Positions 28,714 to 38,305 of a stretch of DNA of 64,000 nucleotides are shown piece by piece. Origin of the DNA: Halorussus marinus (GTDB lineage: Archaea; Halobacteriota; Halobacteria; Halobacteriales; Haladaptataceae); assembly GCF_004765795.1 (NCBI RefSeq), contig NZ_SBIV01000004.1, forward strand, positions 62,001 to 126,000, read 5' to 3'. The position numbers and the translations under genes were made by a program. Under the pieces are notes generated by a model. It was given only the letters and a program-made list of their open reading frames with translations. It was not told where the DNA came from and made no database searches. The first letter of the stretch is position 1; each line of letters begins with the position of its first letter.

Positions 28714-28878
28714 TCAGAGCCACGAGTCGCCGTCGGCGTCGAGGGGCTCGGCGACCACGCCGTCGCGCTGGACCAGCGCGCGGGCGTGAGCCACACACAC
28801 CTCGCGGTTCTCGGCCCACGGGACGTGGAGCCTGACCGCGGCCGGCGCCTCGCAGTCGTCCTCGGCGCACTCGGGCAC
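28714..28878 (-). CDS. 54-aa Cys/His small protein (not in ORF track)
   Basis: Manual translation from GTG: MPECAEDDCEAPAAVRLHVPWAENREVCVAHARALVQRDGVVAEPLDADGDSWL*; fills the gap downstream of tmcA. Confidence 0.75.
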   Translation of the reverse strand: MPECAEDDCEAPAAVRLHVPWAENREVCVAHARALVQRDGVVAEPLDADGDSWL

Positions 28879-28900
28879 GCCCGACCGTACGGGGTGGCGC

Positions 28901-31228
28901 CTAATCGGTGTACCGCCGCTTCTCTTCGAGGGCCGCCTCGGTGCCGTACCGGTCGACCAACGGCTCGTAGGCGTCGCCGAGCGCGCGCATGCACTGGCCC
29001 GCCGAGTGATAGCCGAGTTCGTCGGCGACCGCGCGCCACGGGTGGCCCTGCAACACCTTCCGGACCAACAGGCGCTCGTGGCGGGCCGAGAGCGCCGGCG
29101 CTCGGTCCGCGGCGTCGACGAAGTACCGGAGCGCCACTCGCCGGAAGGGACGGGGCGCGGCGTCGTAGAGCCCGGGGCCGTAGGCGCTGGCCGCGACCGC
29201 CCGCCAGTCCCACGCCGAGAGGTCGAGTCCGATCTCGGCGTCGAGCGACCCCAACAGCTCCCGGACCACGTCGGGATCGGCGTCGCGAAGCGGGTCGGCC
29301 AGCATCGACCCGATCCGGGAGCCGAGCCACCCCGCGTGGCGGTCCCGGAGCGCCCGGCCCGCCTCGGTGAGCGGGTCGAGCATGAGCGCGGAGTACTCGC
29401 CGCTCTCGTCGTTGCGCGTGGTCGAGAGCTGGACCGCGCCGTAGCCGTTCGCGCGCCAGAACCGGAGGAGTTCCGGAGTCGCGCCGTAGCCGACCCCGAG
29501 CCAGTCGAGTTCGCCGTCGAACTCCGAGCGCACCGCCGACAGCAGTCGCGAGCCGAGCCCGCGCGACCTGACCGCGTGGTGGGTCGCGATGCGCATCACC
29601 CGCAGTCCCTCGGGGGCGCCGGCCGACTCGTCGCGGAGCTGGGAGGTCAGCACGTCGGGGAGCATGTTGCCCCGAACGCGCCCGCCCTCGTACATGTGTT
29701 CGCGGACGTCCGCCGGAAGGCCGCCCTCGCGGGCAAGCAGTGCGACCGCGACGACGTGGCCCGCCCGGTCGGACGCGGTCGAATCGTCGGTGACGAGCGC
29801 CCGGACCGCGAGGTTCGGGGCGTCGAGGAGCCGCGCGAGGTCGGCGGGCTCGGTGCGGTAGTGAGCCAGCACGAGCAGGCCGAACGCCTCCCGAAGCAGA
29901 CGCTCGTCGGCCAGCAGGTCCTGGGGGCCGAGCGCCCGATACGAAACCGACCCGGGAGTGGCCGACTCGACCACCGGATCGACGGCGGGCGCGGCGTCCA
30001 ACAGCAACGCCCGGAACGCCCAGACCTCGACCGGGTCGCCCGGGGCGTACCGGATCGGCTCGTCGAGTCGGGCCTCGGTCACCTCGTGGCGGCTCTCGGC
30101 GAGTCGGTCTCGGAACCGGACCGAAAACCCCCGGCCTGCGCCTTCGTAGCCCCGGACCGTCGTGGTGAACGCGACCCGGTCGGCCGCCAGAAACCGTTCG
30201 AGCAGTCGGACCGAGAGGGCGGCCGCCTCGTCGACGATCACCGCGTCGGGGTCGCCGTGTAGGTCGGCGGCGTCGGTCGGCGTCTCGAAGCGGACGCGCC
30301 CGCCCTCGGCGGTGCGGACGTCCCGCGGCGGGTCGCCGTCGGAACTTCGGTCCGACGAGGATCGCGACTCGCCGAGTCGCTCACCCCGGTCGGTCTCGAC
30401 GCCGCGGTCGAGCGCCCCGAGCAGGCCGCGAGCCCGGACGAACACCTCGCGGGCGCTCCGGTACTCCGGCGCCGTGACCACCACGTCCGCGCCCTCGGCG
30501 GCGAGCGCGCCGGCCGCGATGCCCGCCGCGCTCGATTTCCCCCTGCCCCGGTCGGCCTCCGCGACGACCGCGTTGTCGTCGGCTCCGAGCGCTTCGAGCG
30601 CCCGGACCACGTCGACCTGATCCGCCGTGAGACACGCCTCGTAGGCGGCCGCCGGGAAGCTCCGGTCGGCGGGCACCCCCGGCGGGTCGTCGGCGGTCGC
30701 GAGCCGCGGGGCCGGCCGGGTCAGCCCGTCGCGCTCGACGGTCCCGTCGGCGGCGTCGACGACGGCGACGCCGCGGTGGACTCTGAGCGTCTCGGCGAAC
30801 CGTCGTCGGAACCGTCCGGTCACGTCGTCGAGGTCGGCCGGCGGCACCGCGAGGCTCCTATCGAAGTCGGTCCGGCCGTCGGCGAACGAGTCGAGCCCGG
30901 GCAACAGGAGGACGAACAGCCCGCCGCCCTCGATCGCGCCGACGACCCGACCGACCGCGTTCGGTCGGAAGTCGGCGTGACAGTCGAGCACCACGCACTC
31001 GCGGGTGGTTCCGAGCAGTCGGTCGGCGCGCTTCGGGCCGACGCGCTCGCAGTCGAGGTGGCCGGTCCCGACCAGCGCGGTCGCCTCGCGGTCGATATCG
31101 GCGGCGTCGAGCGCTCGGTCGGCCGCCTCGTAGCAGGCGTCCCGGTCGCCGGTGAGCGCGAGCAGTCGGCGCTCGTCGGTCGCGGCGGCTTCCCGGCGGA
31201 GCGTGGCGGCGACCTCGGCGAGAGTCAT
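28901..31228 (-). CDS. tmcA: tRNA(Met) cytidine acetyltransferase
   Basis: ADRGRGKS Walker A, VDEAAA, GYEGAGRGF, EPIRY, AHYRTEP.DL, RVRGN, GNAT domain. Confidence 0.95.
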   Translation of the reverse strand: MTLAEVAATLRREAAATDERRLLALTGDRDACYEAADRALDAADIDREATALVGTGHLDCERVGPKRADRLLGTTRECVVLDCHADFRPNAVGRVVGAIEGGGLFVLLLPGLDSFADGRTDFDRSLAVPPADLDDVTGRFRRRFAETLRVHRGVAVVDAADGTVERDGLTRPAPRLATADDPPGVPADRSFPAAAYEACLTADQVDVVRALEALGADDNAVVAEADRGRGKSSAAGIAAGALAAEGADVVVTAPEYRSAREVFVRARGLLGALDRGVETDRGERLGESRSSSDRSSDGDPPRDVRTAEGGRVRFETPTDAADLHGDPDAVIVDEAAALSVRLLERFLAADRVAFTTTVRGYEGAGRGFSVRFRDRLAESRHEVTEARLDEPIRYAPGDPVEVWAFRALLLDAAPAVDPVVESATPGSVSYRALGPQDLLADERLLREAFGLLVLAHYRTEPADLARLLDAPNLAVRALVTDDSTASDRAGHVVAVALLAREGGLPADVREHMYEGGRVRGNMLPDVLTSQLRDESAGAPEGLRVMRIATHHAVRSRGLGSRLLSAVRSEFDGELDWLGVGYGATPELLRFWRANGYGAVQLSTTRNDESGEYSALMLDPLTEAGRALRDRHAGWLGSRIGSMLADPLRDADPDVVRELLGSLDAEIGLDLSAWDWRAVAASAYGPGLYDAAPRPFRRVALRYFVDAADRAPALSARHERLLVRKVLQGHPWRAVADELGYHSAGQCMRALGDAYEPLVDRYGTEAALEEKRRYTD

Positions 31229-31391
31229 GGCCGAGGGTAGTTCCGAGACGGGTATGGGCGTTGCGACTCCGACCCCCGATCGCGCGAACCGCGGAGGGCG
31301 GGAATGAGTCGGCGACCCGTGGCGCGCCGTCCCACGCCGTGCGGGTATTTGGAAGCGCTTTTAAGGGGTGACGAACTATCAAGTCGTACAA

Positions 31392-31469
31392 CCTGCGCGC
31401 GGTTGATGATGCTCCTAGCCGCACAGGACCACTCCGGCAGGGGAGCCTGAGCCGACGTGCAGGAGGTGA
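31392..31469 (+). promoter_or_regulatory. rpl7ae 5'-UTR box C/D-type kink-turn overlapping the Shine-Dalgarno sequence
   Basis: TGATGA 31404-31409 and CTGA 31447-31450 flanked by complementary stems; SD GGAGGTGA 31462-31469; TTTTAA box at 31359-31364. Confidence 0.8.
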
Positions 31470-31476
31470 ACAACCA

Positions 31477-31839
31477 ATGCCAGTGTACGTAAACTTCGAC
31501 GTCCCAGCCGACCTTCAGGACCGCGCCGTCGAGGCGCTCGAGGTCGCCCGAGACACAGGTAGCGTCAAGAAAGGAACCAACGAGACGACCAAGGCGATCG
31601 AGCGCGGCAACGCCGAGCTCGTCTACGTCGCCGAAGACGTCCAGCCCGAGGAGATCGTCATGCACCTCCCGGAGCTCGCCGACGAGAAGGGGATCCCCTT
31701 CGTCTTCGTCGAGACCCAGGACGACATCGGTCACGCCGCCGGGCTGGAAGTCGGCAGCGCCGCCGCGGCCGTCGTGGACGCGGGCGAGGCCGACGACGAC
31801 GTGGAGGACATCGCCGGCAAGGTCGAGGAACTTCGGTAA
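31477..31839 (+). CDS. rpl7ae: 50S ribosomal protein L7Ae
   Basis: [28 protein letters not shown]. Confidence 0.98.
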   Translation: MPVYVNFDVPADLQDRAVEALEVARDTGSVKKGTNETTKAIERGNAELVYVAEDVQPEEIVMHLPELADEKGIPFVFVETQDDIGHAAGLEVGSAAAAVVDAGEADDDVEDIAGKVEELR

Positions 31840-31851
31840 GGTGGTTGAGTC

Positions 31852-32076
31852 ATGAGTGCAGAGGAAGCTGAAGAAGGCTCCACGCCCGCCGAAGTGATCG
31901 AGATCGTCGGCAAGACGGGGATGCACGGCGAGGCCATGCAGGTCAAGTGCCGCATCCGCGAGGGCGAGAACCAGGGCCGCATCATCACGCGGAACTGCCT
32001 CGGCCCCGTCCGGGAGGGCGACGTGCTCCAGCTGCGCGAGACCGCCCGCGAAGCCGACTCCATCGGAGGCCAATAA
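31852..32076 (+). CDS. rps28e: 30S ribosomal protein S28e
   Basis: [33 protein letters not shown]. Confidence 0.97.
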   Translation: MSAEEAEEGSTPAEVIEIVGKTGMHGEAMQVKCRIREGENQGRIITRNCLGPVREGDVLQLRETAREADSIGGQ

Positions 32077-32078
32077 CG

Positions 32079-32273
32079 ATGCCCCAGACCAGAGAGTGTG
32101 ACTTTTGCGGGTCGGACATCGAGCCCGGCACCGGGACGATGTTCGTCCGCACGGACGGCACCACGATCCACTACTGCTCCGCGAAGTGCGAAAAGAACGC
32201 CGACCTCGGCCGCGAGCCCCGCGATCTGGAGTGGACCGAGGACGGCGGCGGCGCGGGACGCACCGAACAATGA
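32079..32273 (+). CDS. rpl24e: 50S ribosomal protein L24e
   Basis: [33 protein letters not shown]. Confidence 0.97.
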   Translation: MPQTRECDFCGSDIEPGTGTMFVRTDGTTIHYCSAKCEKNADLGREPRDLEWTEDGGGAGRTEQ

Positions 32274-32734
32274 GCGAGACCGAGCGCACCTTCGTGATGG
32301 TCAAGCCCGACGGCGTCCAGCGCGGCCTGATCGGCGAGATCGTCTCGCGCTTCGAGGACCGCGGCCTGAAGCTCGTCGCCGGGAAGTTCATGCAGATCGA
32401 CGAGGAGATGGCCCACGAACACTACGGCGAACACGAGGGCAAGCCCTTCTTCGAGGGGCTCGTCGACTTCATCACGTCCGGCCCCGTCTTCGCCATGGTA
32501 TGGGAGGGCCAGGACGCGACCCGACAGGTCCGCACCATGATGGGCGAGACCGACCCCGCCGAGTCCGCCCCCGGCACGATCCGGGGCGACTTCGGGCTCG
32601 ACCTCGGTCGGAACGTCATCCACGGCTCGGACCACGAGGACCCGGGCGCCAACGAGCGCGAGATCGAGCTGTTCTTCGACGACGACGAACTGGTCGACTA
32701 CGAGCGCGTCGACGAGACGTGGCTCTACGAGTAG
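32270..32734 (+). CDS. ndk: Nucleoside diphosphate kinase
   Basis: [29 protein letters not shown]. Confidence 0.98.
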   Translation: MSETERTFVMVKPDGVQRGLIGEIVSRFEDRGLKLVAGKFMQIDEEMAHEHYGEHEGKPFFEGLVDFITSGPVFAMVWEGQDATRQVRTMMGETDPAESAPGTIRGDFGLDLGRNVIHGSDHEDPGANEREIELFFDDDELVDYERVDETWLYE

Positions 32735-32812
32735 CGTAGCGTTCGGTTCTCCGATTTCGTTTTTCGCGGCCGCCGACTTCGACACCGACAGGACACCCGC
32801 CGAGGCGACGTC

Positions 32813-33116
32813 TCAGCCCTCGAACGGGCGCTCGTCGACCCGGACGCTGTCGACGATGACGTCGCCGTCGGGGCGCTCGACGTCGGGCAGTTCGTCGGCC
32901 CGGACCGCGAGCCGGCGCGAGCAGTCGACGCTGACGATCCGGCGGTCGCGCCGGGGCCCAACCAGCGGGCGCTCGGCCTCGACTTCGGCCTCGTACACCC
33001 GGAAGGGGTAGGCGATCGCGCCGCCCCTCCCAGACGTAGTAGGCGATCAGCACGACGAAGAAGACGGCGTACGGTCCGACGACGCCGAGTCAATCGAGCG
33101 TTCCCATTGCGGTCAT
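32813..33116 (-). pseudogene. Probable decayed remnant: small membrane-protein gene with a premature stop, joined out of frame to a fragment of a second gene
   Basis: MTAMGTLD*LGVVGPYAVFFVVLIAYYVWEGRR (TGA at 33090-33092), then a second frame AYPFRVYEAEV...DSVRVDERPFEG* with no convincing start. Confidence 0.55.
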
Positions 33117-33274
33117 TACCGGTGAAAACGTGGTCGGACGTCGTATGTTTCTGTTTCGGTCCGGTCGAACGAACCCGAGGGCGCGGGGTCGAGCCGTCGC
33201 GGTGGACGATTCAACATGGAACAACCCACGCGCGGTGGAACAGACGTTTTATGCGCAGTGTGCGAGATGTTCGT

Positions 33275-35650
33275 ATGGACACCAATACCACGCGGCGAGC
33301 GCTACTGGCCGCCGTCGTCGGGGGCGCGGCCGCCGCCGGGTCGCTGGCGCCCGTGCGGGGGTATCTCGACCGGTTCGCGCCGTTCACCGGCCGGGCGTGG
33401 GGCGACGCGACCGACCCGACTGACCGACGCGTCGAGAGCCCTTACGGGGCGGCCGACGTCCGGTACGACGAGTACGGCACCCCGCACGTCTCGGCCGACC
33501 GAGAGCGTGCGCTGTACTTTGCGGTCGGCTACGTGCAGGCCGCCGACCGGCTCTTTCAGATGGACCTCCAGCGGCGGGTGATGACCGGTCGGCTCTCGGA
33601 GGTGGTGGGCGAGGCCACCGTCGACTCCGACGAGTTCCACGTCCGGATGGACTTCGCCGGCGGCGCGGAGGCGAACCTCGAACTGCTGGAGGGCACCGAG
33701 ACGGGCCGGGCCGTCGAGGCGTACGCGGAGGGGGTGAACGCCCACATCGAACGCGAGTCGCTCCCCGTCGAGTTCGGACTGCTCGACTACGAGCCCGATC
33801 CGTGGTCGCCCGCCGACACGATGCTCATGGAGTCTCAGATCGCCTGGTCGCTGACCGGGAGCTTCCGGACGCTCGAACGCGAACTGATCGCGTCCGAGCT
33901 GGGCCCCGAGGCGGTCGCGGAGCTGTATCCCGCCCGCCTCGACCACGACGCGCCCATCATCCGCGACGGTACCGGGGGCGACCGCCTCGCGGGCCGACCC
34001 GTCGAGCCGCGGGGAGAGTTCGCGGACGCCGACCTCCTCCGGTGGCTCTCGTCGTTCGAGAGCCCCCGGGGCGTGGGGTCGAACAGCTGGGTCGTCTCGG
34101 GCGAGTTCACCGCGAGCGGTCGGCCGCTGGTCGCCAACGACCCCCACCTCGCGCTCTCGGCGCCGCCGGTGTGGTACGAGATGGACCTCCGGACCGACGA
34201 CCTCGACGTCCGCGGGGTCACCTTCCCGGGTGTCCCGTTCGTCGTCATCGGCGAGAACGACGCCGGCGCGTGGGGGTTCACCAACTCCGGCGCCGACGTG
34301 ATCGACTTCTACACCTACGAGACCGACGACGCGGGCGAGCGCTACCGGTATCGGGGCGAGTGGCGCGAGTTCGAGACCGACGAGCAGACCATCCGAGTCG
34401 CCGACGGCCCGGACCGGACGGTCACGGTTCGGAAGACGGTCCACGGCCCGGTAATCGAACGCGAGGGCCGAGAAGTGGGGGTCGCGTGGACCGGCCACAC
34501 CGCGACCGCCACCTCGCGGGCGATCCGAGGATACAACCGGTCGGACGGGATCGAGGAGTTCCTCGCGGCCACCCGTCGGATGGACCTGCCGACCCAGAAC
34601 GTGGTCTACGCCGACCGCGAGGGCAACAGCCTCTACTACGTCACCGGCCGGATCCCGCGCCGGACCATCGACGGCGAGCAAGTCCGGGGCACTCGCGTGT
34701 TCGACGGGTCGGCCGGGGAGGCCGAGTGGGAGGGGTTCGAGCCGTTCGGCGTCTCCTCGTGGGAAGGGTTCGTCCCGTTCGAGGAAAAGCCCCACGTCGT
34801 CGATCCCGACTACCTCGGCACCGCCAACCAGCGCATCGCCGACGACCCGGACCACTACATCGGCGAGGCGTACAGCAGTCCGTACCGGGGCCAGCGCCTC
34901 TACGAACTGCTCGACCGGCGGGCCGCGAGCGACGAGCCGATGGACGCCGAGTTCATGCGCCGGATCCAACGCGACACCTACTCGAAGCGGGCCGAACAGG
35001 TGGTCGGCGACCTCGTCGCGGCCGTCGAGGGCCGCGAGGGGCTCGAAGCCCCGGTCGGGACGCTCCGGGACTGGGACTGCCGGATGGACCGCGATTCGCG
35101 GGGCGCGCTCGTGTTCTCGCGGTGGTTCGACCGCTTCCGCGAGGAGGCGTTCGCCGACGCGTTCGAACGGGCGGGTCTCGGCGAGCGCTACTACCCGAAC
35201 GACTGGGTGCTTGCGACCCTCCCGGCCGACAGCCGGTGGTTCGGCGAGGGCGGCCGCGAGGCGGCGATGGTCCGGGCACTCCGGGCCGCCGTCGCCGACC
35301 TCGACGACGGGGCGACCTACGGCGACCACAACACCACCGCCGCGATCACCCACCCGTTCGACCAGTCGTTCCTGAACTACCCCGCCTACGCCACCGACGG
35401 GTCGGCGTACACGCTGAACAACTTCCGAGCCGAGTCGGCGGTCGGGAGTAGCTGGCGGATGGTCTGTCCGATAGCGAGGGACGCCGAGTCGGTGTGTATC
35501 CTCCCGGGCGGCAACTCGGGCGACTACTTCTCCGAGCACTACGACGACCAGCTCCGGCTGTGGGCCGACGGCGAGTACAAACCGATGGGCCGGGACCCCG
35601 GCGGCGAGGTCGACGTCCGGTTCGACCCGAGCGAGGGGGAGAACCGATGA
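33275..35650 (+). CDS. Penicillin acylase family Ntn-hydrolase (peptidase S45) with Tat signal
   Basis: TRRALL signal; GYVQAADRLFQMD, GSNSWVV (catalytic Ser), ANDPHL, PGGNSG, HYDDQ. Confidence 0.93.
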   Translation: MDTNTTRRALLAAVVGGAAAAGSLAPVRGYLDRFAPFTGRAWGDATDPTDRRVESPYGAADVRYDEYGTPHVSADRERALYFAVGYVQAADRLFQMDLQRRVMTGRLSEVVGEATVDSDEFHVRMDFAGGAEANLELLEGTETGRAVEAYAEGVNAHIERESLPVEFGLLDYEPDPWSPADTMLMESQIAWSLTGSFRTLERELIASELGPEAVAELYPARLDHDAPIIRDGTGGDRLAGRPVEPRGEFADADLLRWLSSFESPRGVGSNSWVVSGEFTASGRPLVANDPHLALSAPPVWYEMDLRTDDLDVRGVTFPGVPFVVIGENDAGAWGFTNSGADVIDFYTYETDDAGERYRYRGEWREFETDEQTIRVADGPDRTVTVRKTVHGPVIEREGREVGVAWTGHTATATSRAIRGYNRSDGIEEFLAATRRMDLPTQNVVYADREGNSLYYVTGRIPRRTIDGEQVRGTRVFDGSAGEAEWEGFEPFGVSSWEGFVPFEEKPHVVDPDYLGTANQRIADDPDHYIGEAYSSPYRGQRLYELLDRRAASDEPMDAEFMRRIQRDTYSKRAEQVVGDLVAAVEGREGLEAPVGTLRDWDCRMDRDSRGALVFSRWFDRFREEAFADAFERAGLGERYYPNDWVLATLPADSRWFGEGGREAAMVRALRAAVADLDDGATYGDHNTTAAITHPFDQSFLNYPAYATDGSAYTLNNFRAESAVGSSWRMVCPIARDAESVCILPGGNSGDYFSEHYDDQLRLWADGEYKPMGRDPGGEVDVRFDPSEGENR

Positions 35651-35988
35651 GCGTGGCCCGCGCGTGGTTGACCGAGATCCGGACGAACCGCCGCGAGCGG
35701 TGGTTCGCGCTGGCGGCGGCCGCGGTCATCGCGGTCGGCGCGGCCCAGATCCACTGGTACGGCTTTCTCGTCGGGGGCGCGCTCGTCGGGGCGGTCTCGA
35801 AGACCCTCTCGCGGGCGGTGGCCGCCGGGCTCGGCGTCGGGCTCCTCTCGTGGGGCGTCTTCGCGGCGACGGTGGCCGCCAACGGCGCGTTCTCTCAGTA
35901 CGCGGCGACCGGGCAGGCGTTCGGGCTCAGCGTCGCGATCCCGGTGGTCGCGGCCGGCATCGGATCGCTGGTCCGAGGAGTGGTCTGA
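35647..35988 (+). CDS. Small membrane protein coupled to the acylase gene
   Basis: ATGA overlap; several hydrophobic segments. Confidence 0.8.
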   Translation: MSVARAWLTEIRTNRRERWFALAAAAVIAVGAAQIHWYGFLVGGALVGAVSKTLSRAVAAGLGVGLLSWGVFAATVAANGAFSQYAATGQAFGLSVAIPVVAAGIGSLVRGVV

Positions 35989-36133
35989 GCGGGTCACTGG
36001 TCGGGGAAGCCCTCCGTAGGTTCAAGTGCGAAACCGGCACCAAGACTGGTCGTGCTCTGAGTCCGGCCGGGGCGTCCCAGCCGGAGCGCGGCGCGCGAGG
36101 GCCCGGACCTCGCGAGCGCGCCGCCTGTCGGCC

Positions 36134-37195
36134 CTAATCGTCGGCGGTCACGGCCGACCGCTCGACGTCAATCTCGCCGGCGTCGAGCTCTCGCTCGACC
36201 TCGCGGGCGGCCAGAACCAGATTCTCCATCTTCTCGTAGGCCACCTCCCGCGGCAGGAGCTTCAGCCCGCAGTCGGGGCTGACGGTGAGCTGTTCGGCCG
36301 GGACGACTTCGAGGCCCTTCTGGATGTTAGCCTTGATCTCGGGCACCGTCTCGACGTCCGCGACGTGGGCGTCGACGACGCCGAGCGCGAGGTCCGCGGT
36401 GAACTCGGGGTCTTTGAACACGTCGAGCTGTTCGTAGTCGCCGTTCGCGAGTTCGAGGTCGAACTCGTCGACCGGGAACTCGAGGATCTCGGGGTAGATT
36501 CGGGAGTAGTCGCCGTAACAGACGTGGAGCCCGATGCGCACGTCGTCGGGGATGCCCGCCGCGATGCGCTCTAAGCACTCGCCGACGATGGCGTGGTCGC
36601 CGGGGGTGGTCGCGAGCGCGGGCTCGTCGATCTGGACGTACCGGGCACCCGCCTCGACGAGCTTCTCGACTTCCGTGTTGACCAGATCCGCGAGGTCGTG
36701 GGCGAGCGACTCGGTGTCGTCGTAGGCCTCGTTGAAGCTCCAGTTCGCCAGCGTGTACGGCCCCGTGATCGGGACCTTGACGGGGCGGTCGGTGACGCCG
36801 GCGGTGAACTCGTACTCGTCGACCAGCCACGTCTCGTCGTACTCGACGTCCGAGACGACCGACGGCTTGTCGAAGGTGTTGTGGCCCCACACCTTGACCG
36901 GCCCGTTGAACTCGTAGCCGTCGATGCGGTGGGCGAAGTACTCCACCATCTCGTTGCGCCGCATCTCGCCGTCGACCACGGCGTCGAGGCCCGCTCGGAC
37001 GTGCTCGTCGGTGATGAGCCGCGAGGCGTCGTCTTTGGCCTCCTGCCACGCCGCCTCGTCGAAGTCAGCCGACTCGTCCTCGTAGAGGTCGCGGGCGCGG
37101 TCGACCCACTTGGGCTTGGGGTACGAGCCGACGACGGTCGTCAGCAGGAAGTGGTCGTTCGGGTGGTCGTCGTGCCGGAACTGCTCGCGGGTCAT
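36134..37195 (-). CDS. metE: Cobalamin-independent methionine synthase, catalytic (C-terminal-like) subunit
   Basis: TTVVGSYPKP, DGEMRR, GPYT, QIDEPA, HVC..E zinc ligands, SPDCGLK. Confidence 0.93.
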   Translation of the reverse strand: MTREQFRHDDHPNDHFLLTTVVGSYPKPKWVDRARDLYEDESADFDEAAWQEAKDDASRLITDEHVRAGLDAVVDGEMRRNEMVEYFAHRIDGYEFNGPVKVWGHNTFDKPSVVSDVEYDETWLVDEYEFTAGVTDRPVKVPITGPYTLANWSFNEAYDDTESLAHDLADLVNTEVEKLVEAGARYVQIDEPALATTPGDHAIVGECLERIAAGIPDDVRIGLHVCYGDYSRIYPEILEFPVDEFDLELANGDYEQLDVFKDPEFTADLALGVVDAHVADVETVPEIKANIQKGLEVVPAEQLTVSPDCGLKLLPREVAYEKMENLVLAAREVERELDAGEIDVERSAVTADD

Positions 37196-38199
37196 GCTTT
37201 CACCTCCGCGACCTCGGTCGCCTCGCCGAGCGCGGCGAGTTTCTCCCGGAACGTCGAGTACGGCAGGTAGAACAGTTCGGTGTTGGTCGTCAGGTAGATC
37301 GTCTCGAAGTCGGCGGCGGGCGTGTTCGATTCGAGCCAGTCGGCCCGCTCGGCGATCTGTTCGGCGTCCTCTACGAGCGTGTTCTGGCCGTCGACGAACC
37401 CGGCCGCGATCGAGTCTTTCGTGCCGTACTCGTTGATGTTGTAGAGGTTGTCCTCGTGGTTCGCGACGAAATCGTATCCCACGGCGTCGAACTCGGCGTC
37501 GAGGAGGTGGGCGTGTACCTTCTCCTCCAGTGCGCCCCAGTAGGTGTGGACGATCACGTCGGTGCCGTCGGGCGCCGCGGTCGTCACCGCGTCGATGGCG
37601 GCGCTCGCGCGCTCGCTTTCCTCGTCGCTCGGCGGGTTCTCGACCAGCGAGGGTTCGAGGACGAACAGGGTCTCGATCTCGGGGAACGCCGCGACCTCGC
37701 TGGCGAGGAACTCGCCGACGGCCGCGAGGAACTCGGCGTCGTCGCCGTAGTGTTCGTCGGTCGCGAGGTCCGCCAGCGAGTACGGGCCGGGGACGACCGC
37801 CTGCAGTGAGTCGGCGTCGGCGAACGCGGTCGCGGCCTCCAGTTCGGCCGCGATGTCGCCGTCGAAGCCGAGTTCACCGGCGACCGCCGGGTCCCGATAG
37901 AAGTTGTTGTTGTCGTAGTACCGCACGATGCCCCGGGTCTCGACGTTGTCGTGGACCGCCAGCGGGTGGGCGAGCATGTCGTCCCACCGGAGTTGCCCCT
38001 CGACGATCCGATCGAGGCCCGCGTCTCGCTGGTGGTCGATCACTTCCTCGCGAGCACGCTCGTACACCGCGGTCACGTCTTCGCCCTCGTCGCCGTCGAC
38101 GAGGTCGTGTTTCTGGTGGCCCTTCAGGTCGGCGAGGTCGTCTTTCGCCCAGTCGGGAAGCGGATACACTCCCGGTGTCGTAGCGACGCGCTCTGTCAT
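37192..38199 (-). CDS. Cobalamin-independent methionine synthase, N-terminal-like subunit
   Basis: EGQLRWDDML, RYYDNNNFYR.P, PGPYS; overlaps metE start; lacks the HxC zinc motif (HTY). Confidence 0.88.
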   Translation of the reverse strand: MTERVATTPGVYPLPDWAKDDLADLKGHQKHDLVDGDEGEDVTAVYERAREEVIDHQRDAGLDRIVEGQLRWDDMLAHPLAVHDNVETRGIVRYYDNNNFYRDPAVAGELGFDGDIAAELEAATAFADADSLQAVVPGPYSLADLATDEHYGDDAEFLAAVGEFLASEVAAFPEIETLFVLEPSLVENPPSDEESERASAAIDAVTTAAPDGTDVIVHTYWGALEEKVHAHLLDAEFDAVGYDFVANHEDNLYNINEYGTKDSIAAGFVDGQNTLVEDAEQIAERADWLESNTPAADFETIYLTTNTELFYLPYSTFREKLAALGEATEVAEVKA

Positions 38200-38305
38200 A
38201 CTACCCCGTCCTACGGAATGCCGACGCTTAATATTTTCTACTTCGGAAATAACCGAGGTTCATAGGCATACGGTACCTATTCGCAACCGACCCGGGGCGA
38301 GCGGC

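Noticed and set aside
35989..36133. GGTTCAAGT T-loop-like motif suggesting a tRNA or att-site fragment
   Set aside because: No T-stem pairing, cloverleaf or integrase; only a short GC hairpin between convergent genes.
38228..38260. Imperfect inverted repeat CTTCGG-AAATAA-CCGAGG upstream of the metE pair
   Set aside because: Plausible operator, but too short and degenerate to support without comparative data.
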